Part shown: positions 44,301 through 54,326 of the stretch, in pieces | How positions within the stretch are numbered: position 1 is the first letter of the stretch | How the letters are laid out: every line of letters starts with the position of its first letter | DNA from: a virus | Taxonomy: Duplodnaviria > Caudoviricetes | Strand: one strand, 5' to 3' | Virus record (IMG/VR): IMGVR_UViG_2865512620_000005 | Location: 481-64,480 of that record | Length of the DNA stretch: 64,000 bases | Made by a program: the position numbers and the translations under genes | The notes under the pieces: model-generated | Database searches by the model: none | What the model was told of the DNA's origin: nothing | Seen by the model: only the letters and a program-made list of their open reading frames with translations

Positions 44301-46874
44301 GGTGGCGCGGACTTCGCGAAGTATGCGGCGGTGCTGGCGGCGTTCGCGAAGTCCGGCCAGCTCGGTGCCGACCTCACCGGTCTGGGACTCGACGCGAATG
44401 ATCCTGTTGTAAAGGCGATCACGACGGCGCGGAACAAGAAAAAGGGCGCGCTCGGCGGCGACGCGATCGCCGACCTGGTCACGCAGGTGGTCGGCGGCGG
44501 CGGATACACCGGCACACTCGACAGTTCGAACAGCAGCCTGATCAGCTCACTGCAGACGTTCCGCGACAAGCTGGCCAAGGGACCCGGCCGATCCACCAGC
44601 GCGCGGGGCGGCTACGCGAACGTTGCGGGCCTGACGGGTGTGCCCATGTCCGGGTTGCCCATGGACGCGGTCAGTGCTTTTGCTCAGCAGACGAGCGGCG
44701 GTCAGTACAGCTGGGGAGCTTCCGATCTCGCCAAGGGCCTGTCCGATTGCTCCGGTGCGGTGTCCGATCTGGTGGAGCTGATCACGAAGGGCCAGGCTGG
44801 GCCCGAGCGATTGTTCTCCACGGCTGACGCCGCCAGCGTGCTCAAGTCGCTCGGTGCGACGCCCGGCCTGATCCCGGGCACTCTGCAGATCGGTTTCAAC
44901 TCGGGGCACATGGCGGCGACCCTGCCCAACGGTGTGAACTTCGAGTCCGGCGGCGGTACGGGCCAGGGCGCAACATACGGCGGCAACGCAGCGGGCGCGG
45001 GTGACAAGCAGTTCACCGAACATTGGTCACTGCCGGTGAATGGCGCTGTGCCCATGGGTCTGTCAACTGCTGGGCTGGGTGGCGCGGGCGGTGTGGTGCC
45101 CGTGTACGTCACCAACTTCGACGGCAAGTTGACCGGCCTGGGCGGGTCGATCCTCGACGCGCTCGGCCAGGGCGGCGGCCAAGCAGCAGCCAACGTGACC
45201 GGCGATGCGATGAGCGCCGTCGCCGGCCTTGGCCAGGAACCGTGGAACACGAAGAACGCCACCTACGCTGAGCTGAACAAGCTGGTGCGGGAGCGTAACC
45301 CGCTCGCACTGGCGAAGGCGCTCGGCCTCAATGTGGAGGACTTCACCCGCCAGGGCGGCGACGGCGGCGACGTTATGAAGAACGACGGCCCGGCGTTCGA
45401 CTCCACCGGGCGGGTGTTCTCCGATACGTCGTCGCTGCTGGACCGCACGTTCAGTAATCTCAACGCTCAACTGGTAGCCATGCGTGAGCAGTTGGTTGGC
45501 GTGATCGAGCAGACCAACAAGAAGCTCAACGACGAGGCGCTGGAGCCGATCGTCAAGACCGGTGTGCAGAACGCGCTCGAGGGTCTGAAAGACAGTGTGA
45601 GCGCGGCGATCGGCACCGCGATGGGCCAGGCCGCGGCCCCGCCAATCGCCGACGCTGTCAGGTCGGCCATCCCGAGCAACTCCACCGGCACGAGCCTGGC
45701 CGCCGACGCCGTCAACGGTGTGCAGGCCGCAGCCGGCAAGGCCACGGGCGGCCCGATCTGGGGCGGTGTGCCGGGCAAGGACTCGGTGCCCATCATGGCC
45801 ATGCCCGGCGAGCACATGCTCACCGTCGACGACGTGAACGCGATGGGCGGTCACGCAGGTGTCTACGCGTTCCGCCGCGCGTTGCACAATGCCCCCGGGT
45901 TCGCCACGGGTGGCGGTGTCATCGTGAACGACACCGTGGGCGCGGAGTTCTTTGGGGTGTCCCAGGTCCCAATCCTCGGCGCGATCGTAAACCTGCTCGT
46001 GCGGGTGCTGCTGCAGGTGCTCGGTGTGCAGATCGAGGCCCGCGACACCCTCAACGAGATGACCGACGAATTCCGCAAGTTCCGTGGGGATTTCCAGGCA
46101 TTCGACGCGTCGGGTCGCCTGCTCAACGACACGAGCGCCTTGATGGACCGGTCGCAGTCGAGCGAGGAAATCGCTGCGCAGGAACGCATCCGGATCCTCA
46201 AGATCGTCATCCAGGCGCTGATCAAGTACATCATCGAAAAGGTCATCGTCCCGCTGAGCAAGGCGGTCGCCAACGCCGCCATCAACGCTGGCGCATCGGC
46301 CGCCGGCGCGGCGGTCAACAGTCAGGCCCCGGGCGCAGGCAGCGTGGTGTCGTCGCTGATTTCGTCGGCCGGTTCGGCTGGTGTGGACATCGCTGCCGAG
46401 GTCGGCACCGACTTCGCGTTGGCGATCAGCGAGCAGCTGATCAACATCACTGCCGAGAGCCTGCAGTCATCGTTCCCCGGCGTGATGACCGGCATTTTCG
46501 GTGGCGCCATGATGGAGAACCTCATCGCGGCGCCGATCAACGCGGCGCTGGCGATGCCGTTGGCGATGATCGGCGCACTCACCGGCGGACTGTCGGGATT
46601 GTTCGCACCGTTGGCCGCGATCGTCGGCGGCGCGTCGTTCGACAACGGCGGTGTCGCCAACGGGGTTGGCATGATGCCGAAGGCGACGATCCGACCTGAG
46701 CGGGTGCTGAACCCTGAGCAGACTGCCCTGTTCGCGCGCATGGTGTCGGCGCTCGAACGCAACGGCGGTGGTGGTCAGTCCGGCCAGACGTTGGTGCAGG
46801 CCCAGATTCACGTTGACGGCGGACCCGAAGCCGGCCGCCGCGTCCGCGACTCGCTACTGGAGTTGATGAGCTGA
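41352..46874 (+). CDS. Tape measure protein with internal NlpC/P60-like domain
   Basis: 1840 aa Ala/Gly-rich helical protein; ADGG/ATGG repeats; YSWG..DCSGAVS...GHMAATL..NFESGG. Confidence 0.93.
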   Translation: MTTPVGSIKLDLKIDGSAIPAETLREIQSALGPVLADIQRRLDEVERDYQQLAREAEKSAAKQVAANEAVAKSVDDVSKATDRAAPAAKRQKAANDGLANSTRSVTEAQNELNAAIDIFGRKSPQAEAAQKRLARAEATHTTELLRAAAQSKASTDSQVRDYARLARAAEESAARQAAAQAAAGGGGRGGGGGRGGVQWHGGRGGFFTSPLGLNTIALGASGLPAAATAVVNLTGAVQQLIQVGGLVPGIIGGIVSSVGTAKLGFLGLSDAVTTAWAAAKSGDPKDLLKAVEAQKDLADSAKATVKAIVAVQPQVERLQRDIVQQNMFDGIDQTFTDLANKTMPTLEKGLGGVSRTWNATFKELGRVAGLDSTQSFLDKIFGNTAEAQTRANAAIEPLIHGIGTLTSESSDFLPRLADGFKGLTTRFDNWITKSVENGNLDKWINEGIDAASHLGETFLSIGKILNDLTTAAGGDGGFLKWLEDATTNLHTFLTSTEGQTKLTEFFREGKEQLAKWGEILKNLGPILGGVYDGMKQWGDVLLPILQAVTGVLAGMPGGIQGVVTAFLAWKTITGITDVIGHLTNMGGLLDGMPGKAKGSATGFASAFNPVTLGLTALFTTITMLVEKIKSDNEYVKLQGDPNVPQEVKDQATVQKFYPDLGRLPNASDPANLGMPEKGSLLYDQMLQDVKDGKFQIPGVDPANADATFAQIAEQAANARKNTELLANDIKTLPDGQVVLKEDTPEAIQRVKDLGYEVQKLPDGNVTVRVVFRDPNGNPIDPSQLRTPGFIPAFPGDTTVPKGGRADGGVLPGYSPGVDNMLVPMSGGEGVIIPEAMRALGPAWLYNLNSSFRNGISRSGYADGGVVGGMPGLPEDTTVLGLLTQIRDLLAGKGGTASNPLAATAANTSNMSTAVDKAGATGQQLGPFGTPIKPRHRGYEAAAAAIQALGGDPEKWLGADPATLTVAQGGILPNPIMTAAGLPGGGADFAKYAAVLAAFAKSGQLGADLTGLGLDANDPVVKAITTARNKKKGALGGDAIADLVTQVVGGGGYTGTLDSSNSSLISSLQTFRDKLAKGPGRSTSARGGYANVAGLTGVPMSGLPMDAVSAFAQQTSGGQYSWGASDLAKGLSDCSGAVSDLVELITKGQAGPERLFSTADAASVLKSLGATPGLIPGTLQIGFNSGHMAATLPNGVNFESGGGTGQGATYGGNAAGAGDKQFTEHWSLPVNGAVPMGLSTAGLGGAGGVVPVYVTNFDGKLTGLGGSILDALGQGGGQAAANVTGDAMSAVAGLGQEPWNTKNATYAELNKLVRERNPLALAKALGLNVEDFTRQGGDGGDVMKNDGPAFDSTGRVFSDTSSLLDRTFSNLNAQLVAMREQLVGVIEQTNKKLNDEALEPIVKTGVQNALEGLKDSVSAAIGTAMGQAAAPPIADAVRSAIPSNSTGTSLAADAVNGVQAAAGKATGGPIWGGVPGKDSVPIMAMPGEHMLTVDDVNAMGGHAGVYAFRRALHNAPGFATGGGVIVNDTVGAEFFGVSQVPILGAIVNLLVRVLLQVLGVQIEARDTLNEMTDEFRKFRGDFQAFDASGRLLNDTSALMDRSQSSEEIAAQERIRILKIVIQALIKYIIEKVIVPLSKAVANAAINAGASAAGAAVNSQAPGAGSVVSSLISSAGSAGVDIAAEVGTDFALAISEQLINITAESLQSSFPGVMTGIFGGAMMENLIAAPINAALAMPLAMIGALTGGLSGLFAPLAAIVGGASFDNGGVANGVGMMPKATIRPERVLNPEQTALFARMVSALERNGGGGQSGQTLVQAQIHVDGGPEAGRRVRDSLLELMS

Positions 46875-48364
46875 TGGCCTACAGAGGATGGATCGGACTC
46901 AACGGTGTCGAGATCGCCAACACCTCACGGCTGATCGCCCACCTGGGCGCCGAGACACCGACCAGCGACGTCGGGATCTTCATCACCGACTCGGGGGCCA
47001 CGTATCCCGGCGGGGACGTGTATCCCGATGATGACCTGAACCCCGGCGGCGGGCCGTGCGCGTTGGTCGAGTCCGTCGACTACCCGGGCATGTTCGAGAT
47101 TCCCGACAGCTCTGTCGAGGTGTTGCCCGGGTTGCTGACGCCGCCCAACGGTGCTCGCCGCTACGGGCCCGGCCTGTTCGACGTCGACGGCACCTGCTGG
47201 GGGCCCGCGGCGATCTGTTCGTCATGCTCCACCATGGTGGTCTACGACGACACCTGGCCAGGTCTGCGGGAGTTCCTGGGTGACACGGAGTATCGGCCTG
47301 AGTTGGCGCCGTGGTACACCACCCAACTGCCGGAGTCGGGCGAGTTCGGCGGTGTGTGGCTGACACGCCTCGACGGCCTGGGCCCGACACCGGTGGAGCG
47401 GTCCATCACCCCGATGGCAGGGCCGGGCTCAGCGGCCGGACCGAGCCGCGACACAGCCCGCACGCTGACGTTCGAGGCGCTGCTGATCGCCTGCACCCAC
47501 GCCGGCGTGGAGTACGGGCTGCAGTGGCTGTCGTGCCTACTGCGCGACACCACGGACAACACCACCAGCACGCTGCGGTACCTGGCAGCGTCACCGTCGC
47601 ACTCCGCGGTCGACCCGGCCGGCCTGGTGCGTGAGGTGCACGGCGTTGTCCTGACGAAAGCCCCCACGATCGTCGAGGAGGTCAACACAGAGCCCCGCCA
47701 GCACCAACAGGCCACCCTCTACCGGATCTCCTGGGAGATGACCGTTCTGAGCCCATACGCCTACCTGCCCGGCATCTCGGTGCCGGTGGATTGGGACGAG
47801 ATCACCCGCCAGTCGATCAACTGGATTCACGCCGCCGACTGCGAGAAGCCGGAGACGTGCGTCGACATGCCCGTCATGTTCTCCACCGACTGCGCACCGG
47901 AAGAGATCGCCGCGATCACCACGCCGCCACCGGTGTGCGGCGGCTGCCTGCCCGTCGGGGAGATCGACAAGTACAGCTTCCGCGTGCCCACGATGGATTA
48001 CGCGTTCCGCTGCCGAGAGACCGTGGTGACGACGATCATCCGCAACACCGGCGAGACATCCCTGACGTTGCAGGCGTTCTGGCGCGAATGCGGCTCGGAC
48101 ATCCGCTGCGAGGACAACCGCTTTCCTCTGCAGATCTCCGGTCTGCCGGCCGGGGCGGAACTGGTGCTCGACGGCATCACCGGCCGGTATTGGGCGCACT
48201 ACGACGAACGGACCCGCGCGGTGATCGGCGTGGTCGGAACCCCGAACGGTGCGCCGTGGCGGCCGCCGGTGATCGACCGGGAAGGCTGCTGGGACTTCAT
48301 CGTTCAGGCCCCCAGCACGGCTGAATTCGAGGTCGACATGGTGCTGACCGACCGGGAGGCATAG
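46874..48364 (+). CDS. Minor tail protein (distal tail, Dit-like)
   Basis: Follows the tape measure gene; MAYRGWIGLNGVEIAN, APWY..PESGEFGG. Confidence 0.75.
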   Translation: MAYRGWIGLNGVEIANTSRLIAHLGAETPTSDVGIFITDSGATYPGGDVYPDDDLNPGGGPCALVESVDYPGMFEIPDSSVEVLPGLLTPPNGARRYGPGLFDVDGTCWGPAAICSSCSTMVVYDDTWPGLREFLGDTEYRPELAPWYTTQLPESGEFGGVWLTRLDGLGPTPVERSITPMAGPGSAAGPSRDTARTLTFEALLIACTHAGVEYGLQWLSCLLRDTTDNTTSTLRYLAASPSHSAVDPAGLVREVHGVVLTKAPTIVEEVNTEPRQHQQATLYRISWEMTVLSPYAYLPGISVPVDWDEITRQSINWIHAADCEKPETCVDMPVMFSTDCAPEEIAAITTPPPVCGGCLPVGEIDKYSFRVPTMDYAFRCRETVVTTIIRNTGETSLTLQAFWRECGSDIRCEDNRFPLQISGLPAGAELVLDGITGRYWAHYDERTRAVIGVVGTPNGAPWRPPVIDREGCWDFIVQAPSTAEFEVDMVLTDREA

Positions 48365-48368
48365 AGCC

Positions 48369-49421
48369 GTGATCGTGTCGGATGAGCAGATCGTGTCGGT
48401 CCGCACCGCCAGCGGCAAGCAGCTCTACCAGTTCCTGTCCAGCGGCTACTCGCAGTTGAAGTGGACCCGGGAGCTGCGCGAAGTGTCGATCTGCAACCTG
48501 GGTGTTCCACCGAAGGCCGGCTATGTGCGGATCCCAGACATCACGCCCTGGATGCACTGGGTGGACGTGTGGGACGGTCAGGGCCGCGAACTCTATTGGT
48601 CCGGCCCGATCCAGTCCGCCGAGCAGGGTCGCGACTGGCTGGCCCTCTCGGCGCGCGACGCGAGCTCGCTGCTGGGCCGCACACGCTGCCCGCTGACGAA
48701 ACGGTGGGACGCCGCCGACCCGGCCGAGGTCGCGCGGGAACTGTGGGACGCGGCGATCGACCACCACGGCCTGAACATCAAACCGATCTCGCGGCCCGAC
48801 CCGCGTGGTGACCGGTTCGAATTCTCCTGCACCGCAGACACCGCGATGACCGACAACGTCATCAAGGACCTGACCGACCGCGGCCTGTACTGGTCGGTGG
48901 TGGCCGGCATTCCACTGCTCGGCCCGGCGAAGTTCGAAGCGGTCGCGACGCTGAGCGAGGACGACTTCGTTGACGGCGGACTGTCGGTGATCCGCGACGG
49001 CGCCAACACCTCGAACGATGTGCTGCTGCGCGCCGCGGACGCGGTGTCACGCGGCCGAGTCGAAATGGGTGGGCTGAGCCTGCAGAGCATCGTGAACATC
49101 GACTCGATGTTCGGGGTGTCCAACACCGATCGGGAGGCATACAAGTACGCCCGTTACAACGGGGTCATCCGTGACGCCATCAAGGTGCCGCCGGGTGCGT
49201 CGCTGCACCGTGACACGCCAATCTCCATGCAACTGCTGGTGCCGTCGGTGCGGCTGAATGTGGAGGCGTACGGGCTGTTGTCGACCATGGAACTGGCTGG
49301 GGTGACGGTGAACTGCTCGTCGAGCGGCGTGACCGTCGGGATCGACCTGGAGTCGGTGAACGACGATCTGCCCGAGCTGGTGGAGCTTGACCAGCAGGCG
49401 CAGCGGGGACGTCAGCCGTGA
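48369..49421 (+). CDS. Minor tail protein (hub-like)
   Basis: LKWTREL..S, LYWSGPI, LSARD. Confidence 0.7.
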   Translation: MIVSDEQIVSVRTASGKQLYQFLSSGYSQLKWTRELREVSICNLGVPPKAGYVRIPDITPWMHWVDVWDGQGRELYWSGPIQSAEQGRDWLALSARDASSLLGRTRCPLTKRWDAADPAEVARELWDAAIDHHGLNIKPISRPDPRGDRFEFSCTADTAMTDNVIKDLTDRGLYWSVVAGIPLLGPAKFEAVATLSEDDFVDGGLSVIRDGANTSNDVLLRAADAVSRGRVEMGGLSLQSIVNIDSMFGVSNTDREAYKYARYNGVIRDAIKVPPGASLHRDTPISMQLLVPSVRLNVEAYGLLSTMELAGVTVNCSSSGVTVGIDLESVNDDLPELVELDQQAQRGRQP

Positions 49422-51799
49422 GCGGCGTCGCGACCCTGCAGCGTCCGCCGCGCACCGATCAGGAATGGGCGCGGCAGATTTCGCGTCGGCTCGATGTGCT
49501 CGAGAACCCCCGGTCACTGCGGGTGTCGGACTGGGTGATCAATTCTGTCGACGGGAAACTGATCGCGACGCGGCCCGGTCAGTCCGTCGACCTGGACAAC
49601 CCGGCGGGCCCGGTGTCGGTCGACCTGGGGAGCCTGCGCGGGTTCACGAGCACCGATCGCGAAGAGGTTATCAACGAGGCGAAAACGTCGGCGTGGCAGG
49701 AGCTTTACGAGAAGCTCACCGGCCAGCTGAACCCGGTTGACGCACTCAAAAGCTTGTCCGATTTCTTCCGTATCGAGCTCGGCGGCCCGATCAGCGCTGA
49801 CCGGATCCCACTGATCCCGCTGACGCATATTCGCGACATCAACCGCAACCTGATCCTCGACGGCGGGTTCGACACCGGCGACACCCTGCTGGGCCTGCCT
49901 GACTGGACCCACGATGCCACCGACGGCCGAAGCAAGCCCGGCTGTGCCGTCACAACGGCCGACGGCACCTCACATGTCATCTACAGCAACGACATCCAGG
50001 TCGCCAAGGACGACAAGCTCAACCTGTCGGTGGCGGTGAAATGGGTTGGCCTGACGGCGTTGGCCGGCAGCGACGCGATCCGGCTCAACGTCGTCGCCTA
50101 CGACGCGAGCGGCGTGATGATCGGCGGCGCCCCCACCATGGTGGCGTCGGTGGCCAGTCCGTCGGGTAACAGCGGCGGCACCAACGGGTGGGGCACGACG
50201 CTCAGCGGCACCTACACCGTGCCGGCCACCGCGGTGATCGTGACCGTTGAACTGACCGTGATGGCCACCGCCACTGCGGGCACAGTGAAGTTCGACGATG
50301 CCGAGTCCCGCAAGACCGGCAGCTTCCTGCAGGACTACGTCAAGGATCTGCCTGCCGATCTCCAGTCGTTGCTCGGATGGATCGAGGCCACCGTCAACGC
50401 CGGACTGGGCGCGCTCGGTATCCCCGCGATGGGCAGCCTGGCAGACAAACTGCTCGACTTCCAGGACGGGCTATCGGACCTACAGAACGCCGCCGAGGAT
50501 GCGTTCGCCAACGCGCAAAACGCTCTCGACTCCCTGGCCGACAAACTCGGCATCTCCGATTGGGATGACTGGCTCACGAATCAGTGGGGCAACCTGCGTG
50601 ACGCACTGGCCAACGCGCCCGCGACGGTGATCGGGATGCTGGACATGACCCGCATCACGGGCCTGCCGGACCTCAACACCCAGGCCACCCAGCTAATCGA
50701 GATCATCGCCGGGCACGCTGTCACACCGATCACTTCGGCGTTGCAGCAGGCCAAGGACTGGATTACTGGCACGGGCAGCAAGACACAGTTCCTCACCTTC
50801 GGTGGGCTTTTCGACCCCACGAAGCTCAATGGCCAGGTGCCGTCGAACGGCGTGGCCGGCATCGGCGGTGCGACGAGCATCGGTGACGCGCTTCAGCAGG
50901 CAGTCGATGCGGTCACCCAGGGAGCCGGTGGCTTGGGTGGCTCCGGGTTCAACTTTCTCGATGCGCTCGCGCAGTTGACCGGTCTGCGCCAAGCAACGGC
51001 GGGCGCGAACGCCGCAGTCCTCAATGTGCAATCGCAACTGGCTGGCCTGGATCCGGCCGCGTCGTCGGAGATCATCAACTTCAGCGAGTATGTGAATGCC
51101 GGTGCCCCGCCGTCGATGTTCACCAAGGTCTTCGACCAGGGATCCGGCGGCATCGTCACCTCGGGCGGAAAGTTGGTGTGGTCGGGCAGCGCTGGCGATG
51201 AGCGCTACCTGTTCAACGGCGGCCCCCTGCAGACCGATCTGTTCGAGGTCAATGTCGTTCTGCCGACGGTCCCGTCGCACGGGTGGTTCGGCGCCGATGG
51301 CAACAACTTCATCTATCTCATCGGCCGATCCGACGCCGCCGGGAACAACATGTGTATCGCCGAAATCGGCTGGGACCGTGTGCGAATCATGTCGTACAAC
51401 ACCGGCACCACCACCGTGCTGGCCACCGTCAATCAGTCCGACATAGTCACCGGCGGCTGCCGTGTGGCGTTCAAGGGCGGTAACGCCCTGCAGCCGCGCT
51501 ACTTCCACGTCGCGGTCAACGACGACATCGTCACCTCAGCCACCGACATCGCGCCGATCACCCAACTGGGCAGCAGCTTCCGGCTGTGCGGACTTGGCCT
51601 CAAGAAAGATTCCAGCTACGACACTGGCACCATCTCTGCCTGGTCCATGCTCGACGGTGGCGCATCGGCAGGGTCCGGCGTCGTTGCGGGTATGACCGCG
51701 GCGGGGCCCACCAACCTGATCATTTGGAAGGGCACCGCTGCTGAGTACGCTGCCATTCCGACGAAGAACCCCAACACGATCTACGCGGTGAAGAACTGA
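49418..51799 (+). CDS. Minor tail protein / central fibre with carbohydrate-binding-like domains
   Basis: NLILDGGFD CBM-like domain; C-terminal WKGTAAEYAAIPTKNPNTIY. Confidence 0.75.
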   Translation: MSGVATLQRPPRTDQEWARQISRRLDVLENPRSLRVSDWVINSVDGKLIATRPGQSVDLDNPAGPVSVDLGSLRGFTSTDREEVINEAKTSAWQELYEKLTGQLNPVDALKSLSDFFRIELGGPISADRIPLIPLTHIRDINRNLILDGGFDTGDTLLGLPDWTHDATDGRSKPGCAVTTADGTSHVIYSNDIQVAKDDKLNLSVAVKWVGLTALAGSDAIRLNVVAYDASGVMIGGAPTMVASVASPSGNSGGTNGWGTTLSGTYTVPATAVIVTVELTVMATATAGTVKFDDAESRKTGSFLQDYVKDLPADLQSLLGWIEATVNAGLGALGIPAMGSLADKLLDFQDGLSDLQNAAEDAFANAQNALDSLADKLGISDWDDWLTNQWGNLRDALANAPATVIGMLDMTRITGLPDLNTQATQLIEIIAGHAVTPITSALQQAKDWITGTGSKTQFLTFGGLFDPTKLNGQVPSNGVAGIGGATSIGDALQQAVDAVTQGAGGLGGSGFNFLDALAQLTGLRQATAGANAAVLNVQSQLAGLDPAASSEIINFSEYVNAGAPPSMFTKVFDQGSGGIVTSGGKLVWSGSAGDERYLFNGGPLQTDLFEVNVVLPTVPSHGWFGADGNNFIYLIGRSDAAGNNMCIAEIGWDRVRIMSYNTGTTTVLATVNQSDIVTGGCRVAFKGGNALQPRYFHVAVNDDIVTSATDIAPITQLGSSFRLCGLGLKKDSSYDTGTISAWSMLDGGASAGSGVVAGMTAAGPTNLIIWKGTAAEYAAIPTKNPNTIYAVKN

Positions 51800-53133
51800 T
51801 GCCGATCTACATCGGCGACGCCGCCGCCAGCATCTACGTCGGCAACGATCTGCAGGACGCCGTTTACCTGGGCAGTGACCGTATCTGGCCGCCGATCTCG
51901 TTCCCGTACGTCATCGAGAACACCAACCTCACCGACGCCGAAACGCCAAGTGAGGCTGCGGGCGTCATCGTCGAGTTGGCCGGTGGCGGCGGGCCCGGTA
52001 AGGCGGGCGCTGTCATGCCGTCGCAGAACAACGTCGTGGCTGCTGGCGGTGACGGCGGCGGTGGGGCGGCCACGATCGGAACCGCGGGGCTCCGGTTCTT
52101 CATCCCGATCGAAGACCTCGGCCCACTGTTCAGCACCATCGTCGGAACCCCGGGAACCGCATCGAGTTTCGTCTCCGGTGCCGTCCAGCTCAATGCGGGC
52201 GCGGGGACGAATAGTGCCGGCGGGACACCGACCATCTCCGGGATCGGCTATGGCTTCTCAGCACCGGGATCATTGGGCGCCAACACCTTGGGCGGTGCGG
52301 CCGGTGGCGGCCAAGGGCGTACCGCGCGCACCGACAGCAACAAAAACGTCAGCTACACCCCAGGCACCGCGGGCGCCGCGTCGCTGTTCAAAAGCGGCGG
52401 CGCATACCTATCACCCGACCCAGTCCCCGAGGCCAGTAAGCCCAGCGGTGGAGCTGGCGGTGGTGCCGCCGGGCGGGGCTACGGCGCCGGTGGTGGCGGG
52501 GGATCGGGCCAGATCCAGGGCACCCCGGTGGACGGATCCGGAAAAGTCGGTGGCCCGGGCTACCTGCGTGTCACGTTCACCGACAAGCGGCACTACTGGG
52601 GCAGGTTCCTGGCCGGGTCGTGGTCCTGGACGCTGCCGTCCTGGCTGCGCAATGGTGACAAGATCCGGCTCACCGGGCTCGGCGGCGGCCGCGGTGGAGA
52701 CAAAGGCGGCTCCACCTCTGGTGGTGCTGGAGGACGCGCCGGCGCGTGGAACGACGTCGTGCTGACCGTCGGTGTCGACGTTCCGGTCGGCGGCACGCTC
52801 GTCGGCGTCGTCGGGACCGGCGGCGCGATCAACAGCGGCAACGGCGGCAACACCACCTGCACCACAGTCGGATTCGTCGCGCTCGGAGCCACGGCGAGCA
52901 ACGGCGGCACAGCGACTGGAGGTGATAACTCCGGCATCCACTCCTACCTCGATGACGACTACATCGGCGGCCTGGGAGGCCTCTACGGCGGCGACATCAA
53001 CCTCACCGATCCAGTGGGTGGCGACGGCGGCCCCGGCTCTGGCGGCGGCGGTGGCGGCTCGATCTTCTTTTCCGGCAAGGACGGCGGCAAGGGCGGCGAC
53101 GGTCGCCTGTTCATCCACGCATACCAGGTGTGA
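51799..53133 (+). CDS. Glycine-rich minor tail protein
   Basis: Two Gly-rich domains. Confidence 0.75.
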   Translation: MPIYIGDAAASIYVGNDLQDAVYLGSDRIWPPISFPYVIENTNLTDAETPSEAAGVIVELAGGGGPGKAGAVMPSQNNVVAAGGDGGGGAATIGTAGLRFFIPIEDLGPLFSTIVGTPGTASSFVSGAVQLNAGAGTNSAGGTPTISGIGYGFSAPGSLGANTLGGAAGGGQGRTARTDSNKNVSYTPGTAGAASLFKSGGAYLSPDPVPEASKPSGGAGGGAAGRGYGAGGGGGSGQIQGTPVDGSGKVGGPGYLRVTFTDKRHYWGRFLAGSWSWTLPSWLRNGDKIRLTGLGGGRGGDKGGSTSGGAGGRAGAWNDVVLTVGVDVPVGGTLVGVVGTGGAINSGNGGNTTCTTVGFVALGATASNGGTATGGDNSGIHSYLDDDYIGGLGGLYGGDINLTDPVGGDGGPGSGGGGGGSIFFSGKDGGKGGDGRLFIHAYQV

Positions 53134-53143
53134 GGGCTGACGC

Positions 53144-54298
53144 GTGCCGTGGTTTCCTGAGCGCCAGACATCTCCGCTGCTGCGGATCGGGTGGGGCGGT
53201 GCCCCAGACCATTCCGGCAGCCAGATCACCGAGCCGTCGTGGTGGGCGGTGCTCGGTATCGATCTAGCCCTGACGGTCCGCTGTGTCACCGAACTGGAAT
53301 TGCAGGCGCTGCAAAGCCTCAACCTCGTGCGCGCGGTCACCGTGAGTCGAGACCTGGCGCTGCAAAAAGTCGCGGCCATGACGATGGCGCGGCAACTCAC
53401 CGTCACCCGAGGTCTCGAACTACAGGGCATCTACTTACTCGACATGGCGCTGGCCGCGCAGATCGACCGCGCCATGGTGCTCGGCCGCGTCGTGGGCCTC
53501 GGCCTCGCCCAGACCATCAACGTGAACCGGCTGCTGACCCTCGACATGGTCAAGCCCATCGACCTGCCCCGGGCGATCACCGTCGGCCGCGACCTGACCA
53601 GCACCCTGCTGGCACCAATCAACCTGCCGCAGACCGTCATCGCCAACCGGTCCGCTTCGTTCGACTACATCCGCACGCTCGCGCTCGCTCAATCGCTGAC
53701 CCTCAACCGATCACTCTCGCTGGCGTTCCCCGCCACAGGACTACCGGCCACCGAGTCATACGCCACCGCGGGCGCCTATGCCTACACCTTCCCCCGCAAC
53801 TGCGACTTTATCGACGCCGTGGTGCTCGGCGCGGGTGGCGGCGGTGCCAGCTCGGGCACGTTCTACACACTCAAGGGATACCCCGGCGAGGCAGGCTCAT
53901 GGGCCGCTGGCACCATCCAGCGCGGCACCACAATTGCATGGGCAGTCGCCCAGATCACCGGAACGGTCGGAACCGGCGGTCCACGTGGATCCGGTGGATT
54001 CACCGGCACAGCAGGCCAAGCGGGCACCGCCACGACCGCGGCCGCCACCGGCTGGGCCGGTCTATCAGGCGCGGGCGGAGCGGGCGGCATCGCGAACGCA
54101 ACCGGCACATCAGACAACGTCGGCCGCTCACCCGGAAACTACAACTACAACGGCCAGCCGTACTACGGCGGCGGCACACAGTCGACCAACGGCGCAGCGG
54201 GCAACCCACCCGGCGGCGGCGGCGCCGGCGGCGCGAGCTTCGGCGGCGCAGGTGGCGTAGGAGCCCCCGGCCTCGCAGCTTTCCGGGCGTACCAGTAA
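53144..54298 (+). CDS. Minor tail protein with repeat stalk and Gly-rich domain
   Basis: Roughly 16-aa Leu/Arg repeats, then DAVVLGAGGGG. Confidence 0.75.
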   Translation: MPWFPERQTSPLLRIGWGGAPDHSGSQITEPSWWAVLGIDLALTVRCVTELELQALQSLNLVRAVTVSRDLALQKVAAMTMARQLTVTRGLELQGIYLLDMALAAQIDRAMVLGRVVGLGLAQTINVNRLLTLDMVKPIDLPRAITVGRDLTSTLLAPINLPQTVIANRSASFDYIRTLALAQSLTLNRSLSLAFPATGLPATESYATAGAYAYTFPRNCDFIDAVVLGAGGGGASSGTFYTLKGYPGEAGSWAAGTIQRGTTIAWAVAQITGTVGTGGPRGSGGFTGTAGQAGTATTAAATGWAGLSGAGGAGGIANATGTSDNVGRSPGNYNYNGQPYYGGGTQSTNGAAGNPPGGGGAGGASFGGAGGVGAPGLAAFRAYQ

Positions 54299-54326
54299 CT
54301 GCACGCGGCTCAACCACTATGACCGC

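Noticed and set aside
51799-54298. Host PE_PGRS genes
   Set aside because: The Gly-rich segments lack a PE domain and fit phage Gly-rich minor tail proteins in context.
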